The position numbers and the translations under genes are program-made. Positions 28,261 to 37,190 of a stretch of 41,482 nucleotides of DNA are shown here, piece after piece. The notes beneath the pieces were generated by a model. The model saw nothing but the letters and a program-made list of their open reading frames with translations. It had not been told where the DNA came from and did no database searches. The DNA is from Verrucomicrobiota bacterium (GTDB lineage Bacteria; Verrucomicrobiota; Verrucomicrobiia; Opitutales; Oceanipulchritudinaceae): positions 1 through 41,482 of the forward strand of contig JAAAOD010000155.1 of NCBI GenBank assembly GCA_009908535.1, written 5' to 3'. The stretch's first letter is position 1. Every line of letters starts with the position of its first letter.

Positions 28261-29151
28261 ATGAACGATCCCCTCGTCAGTATCATCACCCGGACCCGCG
28301 AACGCACCCGTTTTCTCCAGCGGGCGGCGGAATCGGTCATGGGGCAGGAGGATCCTCCGGCTTTTGAGTGGATCATCGTCAACGACGGGGGGGAAAGGGA
28401 ACCCGTGGAGGCGATGCGGAGGGAGTTACCGCAAGCGGAGCGCTCGGTGATCCGCATGCGCCATTTACCGGCTTCCCGGGGAATGGAACATGCCTCCAAC
28501 GTCGGGGTGGAGCTTTCCGGCGGCCGCTATCTAGTCATTCACGACGACGATGATAGCTGGGATCCCTGTTTCCTGCGGGACATGACCACGTTCATGGAGG
28601 ACCCACAGCATCGTTCCCTGGGCGGGGTGGTCTGTCACAGCCTGCGGATTGTGGAAACAATCGCCAGCGGCGGTTTTGTCGAGGAACAGAGGCATCCCTT
28701 CAACGACTGGCTGGAGGAACTGGACTTTTTTGAGGTTCTCATGGAAAACCCATTCCCGCCGATTTCCTTTCTTTTCCGGCGCTCCCTCTATCAACGGACC
28801 GGCCCGTTCCGCGAGGATCTGCCCGTGCTCGGCGACTGGGAGTTCAATCTCCGGGCCCTCGCGCGCGGGCGCATCGGGGTCCTGCCGCGCCTTCTAGCCC
28901 GTTATCATCACCGTCCGCCGGAGATCACGGGTCCGGAGGCCAACTCCATCACGGCCGGGGACCAGCGGCACCGGGAAACAGAGAAGCGCCTCCGGGAGGA
29001 GTGGACCCGTGGCAACCCTTTCGGCATCGAACCGGAATTGTTTGCCCGGGCGGCAAGGATCGCGGGATCGCTCATGGAGATGAGGAAGGGGATCGAGGCG
29101 ATGGAGAAAAAGGCCGGAACCCTGCGTGAGGTGGTTCCTCCGCAGTACTGA
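28261..29151 (+). CDS. GT2 family glycosyltransferase
   Basis: PLVSIITRT, IIVNDGG, SRGMEHASNVG, HDDDDSW (DXD), GDWEFNLR. Confidence 0.9.
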   Translation: MNDPLVSIITRTRERTRFLQRAAESVMGQEDPPAFEWIIVNDGGEREPVEAMRRELPQAERSVIRMRHLPASRGMEHASNVGVELSGGRYLVIHDDDDSWDPCFLRDMTTFMEDPQHRSLGGVVCHSLRIVETIASGGFVEEQRHPFNDWLEELDFFEVLMENPFPPISFLFRRSLYQRTGPFREDLPVLGDWEFNLRALARGRIGVLPRLLARYHHRPPEITGPEANSITAGDQRHRETEKRLREEWTRGNPFGIEPELFARAARIAGSLMEMRKGIEAMEKKAGTLREVVPPQY

Positions 29152-29172
29152 ACCTTCGCTACAACGGATGGC

Positions 29173-30480
29173 TCAGTCCCGCATCCACCGGGAAAGTTCG
29201 CTGGCTACACGCTCCCGTAAATGCCGCCGGACGCTGGCTTCGGGAAAGTCTTCGCGCACGACCCGCCCCATGCGGCGGCTGCAGGGCGCTGCGAAACTGC
29301 GCAGCCGATAAGCCTCCGCTTCCTGCAGGAAGTTTTCAAGGGTCTCCGCGAAGGCCTCAGCGCTGTGGTGCCGCCGCAAGTGGGCATTGCCGGCCATGCC
29401 CTTTGCAAACCCGGCTTCCGGATTGTCGCGGAAAGCGGTTACGGCCTCCCGTACGGCCCGGACCTCATCCCCCGGTTTCGCCTTGAAAACGGTCTCCTCC
29501 GGCAGGGTCGCGTAATAACCGGTATCGGTCACGAGCATGGGAAGGGAGTGCTTCCAGGCCTGCAGGAGGGCATCCGAACTTTCGCCACGGGAGGGGTTGC
29601 GCAAGTTGATGGCGAGATGCGCACTGCGCAGCACTTCCTCCATTTCCGCACCCGAAAGAAAACCGCGGAAGACCACGCGGTCGTTCAGGTCATATTGGCG
29701 GAGCAACACCTCGAAGGCTTCCCGCTCCTCGATATGCCCGAACAGCGTCAAACGCACCTGATGCGCCTCAAAGGCGGCAACGGCTTTCAGCACTTCCTCG
29801 AGGCGGCGGTTGGGGCTGTTCAGAAAACCGAACATGACCAGCTCGAGCAGGCGCCCGTCAAAGCTTCGCCGGGGCGGCTCCGGAATTTCCGCTTCCGGCC
29901 CGACCGGCAGGGGGCAGTAGAGGAGGGGAGCCCGGGTCAATTCCCTCAGCTTACGGATCATGGAGGGATTGAAAGAAATCACCCCCGTAGCATTGGCAGC
30001 CATCCCGCGGATGAGGGGGATGGCCTCCACCATCTCGGGGAAAGGAAGCTCGCCCTCCTTCTGGCGACGCACCATCTCGAATGCCTCGGGCCCCTCCCGC
30101 TGGAGGACGTAACGCTCGAAGAGCTGCTGCCCGTTTTCCTGGGCAAGGAAGCGCTCACGGTGGAGCTCGAGAAGGTTGAAGTCGTGAAAAACCACGACAC
30201 CGCGGTGGCTTTCGCACAATTCGGCATAAGTGGCATGGAAGCGTGCATCGTTGCCGATATGATACAGGGTGTAGTCGGCGAAATTGGCCTCCGGCCAGAG
30301 GGTTTCCGGTTGGCGGCAGGAACGCACGGGAACCCCATCGACGAGGAAGGGATCAAATTCCTCCGCATCCGTCCATACCGTCAGATCGAAGCGTTCCCGC
30401 AGGGCCGGAGCCACGCGGCGGGCAACATCGGCGATCGCCGTCCGCGCCGGGGGGACGGGCCCGAACCAGTTAAGCCTCAT
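29173..30480 (-). CDS. GT4-like glycosyltransferase
   Basis: MRLNWFGPVPPARTAIAD, YHIGND..FH, GVVVFHD, FGFL.SPNRR, INLRNPSRGESS. Start re-picked at ATG 30480, overlapping the upstream gene end. Confidence 0.85.
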   Translation of the reverse strand: MRLNWFGPVPPARTAIADVARRVAPALRERFDLTVWTDAEEFDPFLVDGVPVRSCRQPETLWPEANFADYTLYHIGNDARFHATYAELCESHRGVVVFHDFNLLELHRERFLAQENGQQLFERYVLQREGPEAFEMVRRQKEGELPFPEMVEAIPLIRGMAANATGVISFNPSMIRKLRELTRAPLLYCPLPVGPEAEIPEPPRRSFDGRLLELVMFGFLNSPNRRLEEVLKAVAAFEAHQVRLTLFGHIEEREAFEVLLRQYDLNDRVVFRGFLSGAEMEEVLRSAHLAINLRNPSRGESSDALLQAWKHSLPMLVTDTGYYATLPEETVFKAKPGDEVRAVREAVTAFRDNPEAGFAKGMAGNAHLRRHHSAEAFAETLENFLQEAEAYRLRSFAAPCSRRMGRVVREDFPEASVRRHLRERVASELSRWMRD

Positions 30481-31525
30481 GCAGCAACACCTCCACGACA
30501 TGGTCCCAGGTGATCTGAAGCTCGTCATAACGGCTTCGCCCCTTCCCACCGGCTTCGCGCGCAAAAGTGGCTTCCCTCCAGAACCGGTCGAGCGCGGCCG
30601 CGAGGGCCTCCGGACGAGGTTCGGTGACGAGGCCCGTCTCCTCCGTGCGGACAAATTCCAGGGGACCCCCTGAATCCGAGCAGGTAATGACCGGCTTTGC
30701 GGACAGCATGGCCTCGAGGGTGACGTATCCATAATCCTCATCGCGGGGCGGGAAGAGCACCGCCCGGCATTCCGCGTAGAGTTTCCGCTTCCGCTCTTCC
30801 CCGACGAGACCGAGCCAGCGGACGCGGTCCTTCACCTTGAAACGTTCCGCCAGCTGCTCGAGGGTGTGACCGTAGGTGGGCGTGTCGGGTTTTCCGGTAA
30901 AAACCACCTTCACCGGTTCACGGCAGTATCCGAGGGCCTCGAGGACGAGGGTCTGCCGCTTCAAGGGGGCCAGCCGGCTGGGATAGTAGAAGTAGGGCTC
31001 CGTCTCCCCGGCACAATAAAAGGCCTCTGCATTCTGCGGCGGATGATACAGTGGTTCGGAGGGGATATGACAATGTTCCTGCAGGCGCCGGGCGACATTG
31101 GCCGAATTGGCGAAAACCGCCCGTGCCTCCGGAAGAAGGGACCGCTCCACCTGGAGAATGGCATCCCGGATCTCCCGCCCGTTCGGGTAATGAGCGAGGT
31201 CCGCCTCCGGTCCTCCCCAGAGATCGAAGGCAGTGCGGAACTGGTGCAGGACCCAGAGAACCTTGCTGTCGTGAGGAAGGTGATACGCGGGAAACTTCAA
31301 TCCGATGACGCGGTCGATGGGCGTCCCATTGCTTTCCCGAAGGTCAAGGAGGCGGCAGGCCATGAGGTGGTCGAGGATCTTTTCTGGAGGATACCACCGG
31401 AAAGGAATGGCAATAAGTTCCACCTCGTGCCCGGCGCGCTCGAGGGCTTCCCGCAGTTGCAGGGCGTGGACTTCGGCACCGCCGTGGACAAAGGGAACCT
31501 TGGTGGTGGCAATGGCTAATCGCAT
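30470..31525 (-). CDS. GT4 family glycosyltransferase
   Basis: VPFVHGGAE, ANSANVA, PSRLAPLKRQ, EDYGYVTLEAMLSAKPVITCSDSGGPLEFV. Confidence 0.92.
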   Translation of the reverse strand: MRLAIATTKVPFVHGGAEVHALQLREALERAGHEVELIAIPFRWYPPEKILDHLMACRLLDLRESNGTPIDRVIGLKFPAYHLPHDSKVLWVLHQFRTAFDLWGGPEADLAHYPNGREIRDAILQVERSLLPEARAVFANSANVARRLQEHCHIPSEPLYHPPQNAEAFYCAGETEPYFYYPSRLAPLKRQTLVLEALGYCREPVKVVFTGKPDTPTYGHTLEQLAERFKVKDRVRWLGLVGEERKRKLYAECRAVLFPPRDEDYGYVTLEAMLSAKPVITCSDSGGPLEFVRTEETGLVTEPRPEALAAALDRFWREATFAREAGGKGRSRYDELQITWDHVVEVLLHEA

Positions 31526-32388
31526 TGGAGAAAGGGCATCGGGACGGTATCAGGCTGGAGGCGACGAAGGAAACAAATGAGCTGAAGATCGCTTTTGAGG
31601 AGGGCGGAGAGTTCTTCAAGGGTGATTCCGTAGAGGCGGTTCAGGCGGCCCTGGACATCCGCGAGAAGGGAAAGGGGGCGGCGTTTTCCCATGAACCGGG
31701 AACGCAGGGCCGGGCCCTCTCTGGCGTGCCAGAGGGCGGCGGCCATCCGTTCCTCCGCCCTGGCTCCCTCCGACACGGCTCCTTCGTCTCCGTTCCCGGT
31801 GACGGCATCCTGAAGAAAGGTGTGCAGGGTGGCATGGATTTCACAAAGGCCGGTCAAAACGGTTTCCTGATGCCGGTTGAAAAGCTGCTGCTGATAGCGC
31901 CCCCGCAGGCGGCGGTTTGGCTTGCGCCCCCTTTCCCACTGCAGTCGCAACTCACGGAGGGAGGAATTGACGGTGCGCCATTGCCTGCCGAGAAACCGGT
32001 AGCGATGAACCCATGACGCGCGCTGTTCGCCACGACAGCGCGCGAAGTAACTCCCGATCCGCTTCTCCATCCCGGCGAGGAGGGAGGCCAGCTTCTCCAT
32101 GCCGATCAGGGCAAGGCGGTTCGTTTCATGCTGGTCCCGCAGGAAGGGGGCAAGCCATGGCCACCGCAACCACCATCCCCGCCCGTGGTTGAGGTGCTTG
32201 ATCTCCTGAATGTGCCAGTCCGTTTCCCGCCAGAATCCCGGGGGCGCGAGCGCTTCATCCGGGAAGAGGAATGGCAGCTGCCTTGGGGACAAATTCCGCG
32301 GAATCTCTCCTTTCAGTCCCGAAAGAAACTCGCTTTCGAGACTGGCCTGGTCCGGCAGTTTTCCCGAGAAAAGCTGTGCCCTGGCCAT
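31516..32388 (-). CDS. Hypothetical protein (basic/aromatic, helical) within the glycosyltransferase operon
   Basis: 290-aa ORF that fills the gap between two GT genes exactly (3-nt gap upstream, 10-nt overlap downstream). No catalytic motif recognised. Confidence 0.7.
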   Translation of the reverse strand: MARAQLFSGKLPDQASLESEFLSGLKGEIPRNLSPRQLPFLFPDEALAPPGFWRETDWHIQEIKHLNHGRGWWLRWPWLAPFLRDQHETNRLALIGMEKLASLLAGMEKRIGSYFARCRGEQRASWVHRYRFLGRQWRTVNSSLRELRLQWERGRKPNRRLRGRYQQQLFNRHQETVLTGLCEIHATLHTFLQDAVTGNGDEGAVSEGARAEERMAAALWHAREGPALRSRFMGKRRPLSLLADVQGRLNRLYGITLEELSALLKSDLQLICFLRRLQPDTVPMPFLQCD

Positions 32389-32391
32389 TCC

Positions 32392-33927
32392 TCAGCGCTC
32401 CTCCCGCGGTCTTTTTCGTCGCCATCCGAAAGTGAAGGGTCCGAAACGCCATTGCCGCGCCTCTTCACGCATTACCCGAAGGCTCTGTTCGAGCCGGTCC
32501 AGCCGCTCCTTCACCTCTCCCATATCCTCCTGCTTCGCAGGACGTGTTTTCGTGGCAAAGTCATGCAGCGTATTGAGAACCTCGCGAACCGTCTTGAAGC
32601 GGTCGTGCTCCTCCGCGGGCAGGCCGACGGAAGCGATCAGTTCCTCCTGACGGGCGTTGTGCAGGGAGCGCGCAGTCGCTTCTTCCTCCCGTGCCTCCCA
32701 CAACTTGCGCACGGCTTCCCGCACGTAGGGATCGCGGGCATGGTCGACAAGGAGGTTGAGAGCCTCGCGCACGGTGCGGAACCGTTCCTCTCCGCCGCCG
32801 GGAAGGCCCACCGCAGCGACCAGTTCCTCCTGCCGCGCGGAGTGCCGGTCGTGTCTTTCCTGTTCCTCCTTCCTTGCCTCCCAGAGCTTTTCCAGCATCT
32901 GGCGCAGGGAGGGGTCCCGGGCGGCATCGACGAGGATGTTGAGGGCGTCGCGGAGGGATTTGTAGCGACTTTCCTCTACACCTGTGAGGTCGAAGGCTCC
33001 CTCGAGCCTCGCGAGATCCTCGCCGTGTTCGCGACTGCGGTGAAAAACCGTGTCCAGCATCCACTGCATCTCGACGAGGAATTCGGCCAGATTGAGACCG
33101 AGACCGGCCGAAGACGCGCTCCCCTCCCCTCTGAGGAGACGGTTCTTGAATTCGATGGACAGGCGCTTGTGCTGGTCGCGCTTCGCTGCGACGGAATTGG
33201 CCTCCCTGTCATCCTTCCGGTCCTTCCGGATCCGGTACAGGGCAAGGGGCTCTGCAATGACGCCGATTTCGTGGCGGAGGAGGAAGCGGAAATTGAACTC
33301 CATGTCGCCGACGAGGTCCCAGCGGGGATCATAGCCTCCCAGTTCCTCCCAGACCCGGCGGCGATAACAGAATGCGATGGGCGGGAAGGGATTTTCATAC
33401 CCGAGGCGGAAAAGGCTGATCTCCTCAAGCGGGATGTAGGGCCGCCGGCTTTCTTCCCGGTACACTCCATCAAGGCCCGGCACCTCCGTGACTTCCATGG
33501 TGTGCGTAATGACGCCCTGATACAGGCTTTCCTCTCCGGCTTCCTCAAGCCATGCGACGGTTGTGGACAGGAACTGCGGCTCCCATTCGTCGTCGTCGTC
33601 GTGGACGCAGATAAAAGTGCTGCGCGAGGATTCGATCCCGGCATTGAGGGCGGGTTGCATCCCGCGGTTCTCCGCATGATGGAGCACCGTGAGCCGCTCC
33701 GGCTCGCCGGTGTAGGCATCCCGCAGAAGGTCGTCGAGGGCGGTGGCGTCCCCGCCGTCATTGACGATCACGAGTTGCCAGTCGGGGAAGGTCTGGCGGG
33801 CGACGGAAGCGAGAGCCCGGCGCAGGAAAGCGTTCCGGTTTTTCGTCCGGAGAATGATGGCGACCGACCGGTGGGGGAATTCGCTCATGGGATCACGTAC
33901 TTCAACAGCCTGAAGGTGGGGACTCAA
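32392..33927 (-). CDS. GT2 family glycosyltransferase with C-terminal helical tandem repeats
   Basis: VAIILRTKNR, VIVNDGG, HDDDDEW, ENPFPP, GDMEFNFR, followed by about 230 aa of charged helical tail. Start is TTG 33927 or ATG 33888. Confidence 0.88.
   Translation of the reverse strand: MSPHLQAVEVRDPMSEFPHRSVAIILRTKNRNAFLRRALASVARQTFPDWQLVIVNDGGDATALDDLLRDAYTGEPERLTVLHHAENRGMQPALNAGIESSRSTFICVHDDDDEWEPQFLSTTVAWLEEAGEESLYQGVITHTMEVTEVPGLDGVYREESRRPYIPLEEISLFRLGYENPFPPIAFCYRRRVWEELGGYDPRWDLVGDMEFNFRFLLRHEIGVIAEPLALYRIRKDRKDDREANSVAAKRDQHKRLSIEFKNRLLRGEGSASSAGLGLNLAEFLVEMQWMLDTVFHRSREHGEDLARLEGAFDLTGVEESRYKSLRDALNILVDAARDPSLRQMLEKLWEARKEEQERHDRHSARQEELVAAVGLPGGGEERFRTVREALNLLVDHARDPYVREAVRKLWEAREEEATARSLHNARQEELIASVGLPAEEHDRFKTVREVLNTLHDFATKTRPAKQEDMGEVKERLDRLEQSLRVMREEARQWRFGPFTFGWRRKRPREER
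32554..32967 (-). repeat. Intragenic tandem repeat, 183-bp (61-aa) period, about 2.3 copies
   Basis: Units start at 32967 (RYKSLRDALNILVDAARDP), 32784 (RFRTVREALNLLVDHARDP) and 32601 (RFKTVREVLNTLHDFA). The two full units share KLWEAR.EE and ARQEEL.A.VGLP. Confidence 0.9.
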
Positions 33928-36900
33928 GGTCCGCTTTCGCCGACAAACAAGCCAAATTCACCGGTCCGGCGCAAGGGAGCTTTCCAGCCCGCGTAGGCAA
34001 AAGCCGCGAGCCGCTGTCCGTGACCCTCCAGCCAGCCCGCACGGGGCAGAAGGCGGAACCGGCGGCTGCTTCCCCAGCCCTCGGCATGGCTCGCTGCCCC
34101 GAGTTCCCGGACTTCTTCGGCCGAAGGATGAAAGAGGAGCCTGCTGAGCTCTCCGCGCAGAAACGCCTTGCCATGCCCGCCGGCAAAGGGCCCGCCCGCT
34201 GCGTGGAATCTATCGAGGAAGCGCAGGAATCCCCGCTCCATGCCGGCGTAAGCCGCCCTTTCCCTGCTCCCGAGGATATCCGGCTCCTGGTAGACAGGCT
34301 CCCAGCCCGTCTCCGTTTTCCGGAGGTCGACCACGCTGCCGCAGGGAGAGCCCAGGAAGAGCTCCAGGAGGGCGACGCCCCCGCGCAGGAGATGCTCTTC
34401 CCCCTCCGCCTGCGGTCCATCGACAAAGAAAGAAAAGGCGCCGTGCGGTTGCCCGGCGGCTTGCCAAAGAGCAAAAAAGAGGCCCGCAAAGGGATTCGTC
34501 GCCTCGCAAAGGCGCCGGAGGTCGCGCAGGGAGCTGCCGTTCCAGCCGACATCCACCACCGCGCCCCGCCTTTCCGCCGGATGGAGCCCCTCGTCGGCAA
34601 GGTAAGCGAGGACCCGCTCCCGGAGGCCGTCGCGGTAGTCGTAAAACAGCGGTATCACCGCCGTGAAGGCATGGTACAGAAGATCGCGGGAGCGCGGATC
34701 ATAAAAGCCGCGGTGGTGACAAAGGGGGGCTTCCGGATCGAGGCCGACACGCCCACAGGCCTCGAGGGCGGCCTCGCGGGGAATGCCGGCACGGGTCAGG
34801 AATTCACACCCCGTCATGCGGGGAGCCGGTTTCAGAAGAAAATCCCAGTCTTCGGCCCCGATGGATTCCATGGCCGCCAGCCGGTACAGTTTGCGCGATC
34901 CGAAAAGGGTGCGGCCGGCAATCCCGGTCCGCCGGGCAAGCCCGAGCCGCTCCCAGGCGATGCGGGGAAAGTAGCCGTCCCGGGTAAGGAAAAAGAGCTC
35001 GTCCAGCCGCTCTTCGCGCACGCGACGCTCCAGCCAGAGGGTCCATGCGGCCACGAGGGGGCCGAGGACAGAGGCACCGCAGCGTTCCCAGAAGTCCCCC
35101 TCGCCCTTTTCTTCTTCGGCGAGGCGGTGAAGCAGTCCCGAAAGTTCCTCCTTGTAGACGACGGTCGGCGGTTTCACGAGGCGCGAGGGAATCCCCGCGG
35201 ACGCCGCAGCCGTGCCGTCGCTGGCCCGGTTGTCCCCGATATGGAGCAGGCGCTTCCCGGGAAATTTCCCGCGGACAAGCTCGTAGAGCCGGCCGCTGCC
35301 CTTGCTCCGGCCGCGGGTCCCGGAGGCGAAAACGCTGTCCTCGTCGACGGGGAGTCCAGCCCCTTCGAGCATTGTCCGGAGAACCGTCTCGGGCAGATAC
35401 ATTTCGCTCACGTAGACGATCCGGCATCCGCGCTCCCGCGCCGCGTTAACGAGGCGGAGGGCCTCGGGTCGCGCCCGCACGAGGGCGAGCTCAAGCTCGA
35501 CTTCGCAGGCCCGCCGCCGCGCAAGCTCTTCCCCGCTCCATCCCAGCTTCCCTGCGAGCGCGGTATAGATTTCGGCAAGTCCGATATCCTCCGCCCGCCC
35601 GTCCGCCTGCGCGGCGTGCCGCACTTCCTCCTCGGTAGCGCGGCGGAGTTCGGCAAAGCCCTCCGCCCGCGCCGCGTCGGCGCCCTCCCGTTTCGCCGCC
35701 ATCCTGAAGACCGACGAAGGCATGGGCACAATTCTGCGCAGACAGGTATCGAAGATATCCATACTAAGGACGTCGACCTGCGAAAGATCGACTTCGGGAA
35801 ATGTCCCCTCCTCCAGCGCATCCGTGCGCTCCGGCACCGCGAAGGGCGATGGGGGGTCGGGGATGGCCGCGTCCTCCGCGAAGCGGGCATAGGCCGCGTG
35901 GATGGAATCCAGCCGTTCCCGGAGCTCGCCGATTTCGCGTCGGAGAAGTCTCCGGAATGCCTTTTCGTCGTGAAAATCGGCTACACCCCCCTGTTTGGAC
36001 GAAAGGGCGCCCTTCCGGCGGACGGGCAGATCGCCTGTCCATTCCTTCAGGTCATCGGCGTACTCGCTCCAGCTGCGGAAGCGGCGGGCACGGGCTTCCC
36101 CGCGGAGCCGCGCCCGTAAATCCGCCTCCATGAGCAGGCGTCGCCATGCCCGGGCAAGGTCCCCGGGATCCTCCGGGTCGGCAATAAGGCAGCCGCCTCC
36201 CGCCGCCCGCTCAACAAGGCCTCCGCGTTCACTGCAAAGGCAGGGTTTGCCGTGCTGTAAACTCTCCATGACGGGAAGCCCATAGCCCTCCCAGAAGGAC
36301 GGGTAGACCGTGAAGAGGCAATCCCGGTAGAGCTGCTCCAGTTCCGCGCGGGGAACGCGTCCCCGGTACTCGCAGCAGCCCTCGGGCGCCCCTGCGGCAG
36401 CAAGGGCTTCTTCCCATTCAGCCCGCATTTCCGGGACACAGCCGCCCACAAAAACAAGCCGGAAGCGGTGGCCCGCCTCCCAGAGTTCCCCGGCAGCGGC
36501 GAGGACCCCGAGGTGGTTTTTCCGCGCCTCGACCGTCGATACCATGAGGATAAGGGGTGGATCGCTTCCCTCCCCCGTCGACGCCTTCTCCGCTGGGAGG
36601 GCGTCACTGCCGGGTGTGATGACCGCCACCGGCGGGGGATTCCTCCATCCCCGTGCCGCCCAGAACTCCCTCAGTTCGCGGGCGGAGGAAGCGGAGACGG
36701 CGGCCACGCCGTCGAAATGGAGCAGATCCTCGGCATAGGCGGGAAAATTCCGCGCAATCTCCGTGCTGCTCCATTGCGGATAACGCAGGGCGATGGCGTC
36801 ATGAAAAATCGCGACAAGCGGTCCCCCGCATCGGCTCCGCAGGGCGGCGAAGTTCCGGCCTTCGGAAGGGAAATACAGTTCCGGAACAACGAGGGCCGTC

Positions 36901-37190
36901 CTTCCGGTAAACGGACTTGCCCACAAAGGAAGACGCCTCCCGAGGCGTCCGCGGGCCTTTTGCCAGGCAGTCCACCCCCTGACCTTGTCCGCCTCCCCGG
37001 CCACGTGGTGGGAAGGATCAGCCCAGCGGCGCTCCCGCTCATCGGCGCGGCGCCAACGGCGCCAGTACCGATCGTAGAGGACGATTTCCTTGTCCCCCTT
37101 GAAAGCCGCCTGCAGGTTCCGGGCAAGACGCGGAATTCCGCTCTGCTGACGGGAATGGCAACTGTCGGAGAGATCGAATAGAAACTTCAT
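33924..37190 (-). CDS. Fusion: N-terminal GT4 glycosyltransferase + C-terminal HAD-superfamily hydrolase-like domain
   Basis: GT4 part: FHDAIAL, VSTVEARKNH, YPSFWEGYGLPVMES. HAD part: VLSMDIFDTCLRR, VSEMYLP, SKGSGRLY, HIGDN.ASD, FLTRDG, VDVGWNGS. 1088 aa. Confidence 0.88.
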   Translation of the reverse strand: MKFLFDLSDSCHSRQQSGIPRLARNLQAAFKGDKEIVLYDRYWRRWRRADERERRWADPSHHVAGEADKVRGWTAWQKARGRLGRRLPLWASPFTGRTALVVPELYFPSEGRNFAALRSRCGGPLVAIFHDAIALRYPQWSSTEIARNFPAYAEDLLHFDGVAAVSASSARELREFWAARGWRNPPPVAVITPGSDALPAEKASTGEGSDPPLILMVSTVEARKNHLGVLAAAGELWEAGHRFRLVFVGGCVPEMRAEWEEALAAAGAPEGCCEYRGRVPRAELEQLYRDCLFTVYPSFWEGYGLPVMESLQHGKPCLCSERGGLVERAAGGGCLIADPEDPGDLARAWRRLLMEADLRARLRGEARARRFRSWSEYADDLKEWTGDLPVRRKGALSSKQGGVADFHDEKAFRRLLRREIGELRERLDSIHAAYARFAEDAAIPDPPSPFAVPERTDALEEGTFPEVDLSQVDVLSMDIFDTCLRRIVPMPSSVFRMAAKREGADAARAEGFAELRRATEEEVRHAAQADGRAEDIGLAEIYTALAGKLGWSGEELARRRACEVELELALVRARPEALRLVNAARERGCRIVYVSEMYLPETVLRTMLEGAGLPVDEDSVFASGTRGRSKGSGRLYELVRGKFPGKRLLHIGDNRASDGTAAASAGIPSRLVKPPTVVYKEELSGLLHRLAEEEKGEGDFWERCGASVLGPLVAAWTLWLERRVREERLDELFFLTRDGYFPRIAWERLGLARRTGIAGRTLFGSRKLYRLAAMESIGAEDWDFLLKPAPRMTGCEFLTRAGIPREAALEACGRVGLDPEAPLCHHRGFYDPRSRDLLYHAFTAVIPLFYDYRDGLRERVLAYLADEGLHPAERRGAVVDVGWNGSSLRDLRRLCEATNPFAGLFFALWQAAGQPHGAFSFFVDGPQAEGEEHLLRGGVALLELFLGSPCGSVVDLRKTETGWEPVYQEPDILGSRERAAYAGMERGFLRFLDRFHAAGGPFAGGHGKAFLRGELSRLLFHPSAEEVRELGAASHAEGWGSSRRFRLLPRAGWLEGHGQRLAAFAYAGWKAPLRRTGEFGLFVGESGP

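Noticed and set aside
32128-36119. Long + strand ORFs 32128-33996 and 34020-36119
   Set aside because: Antisense shadows of well-supported minus-strand glycosyltransferase genes; no independent motifs.
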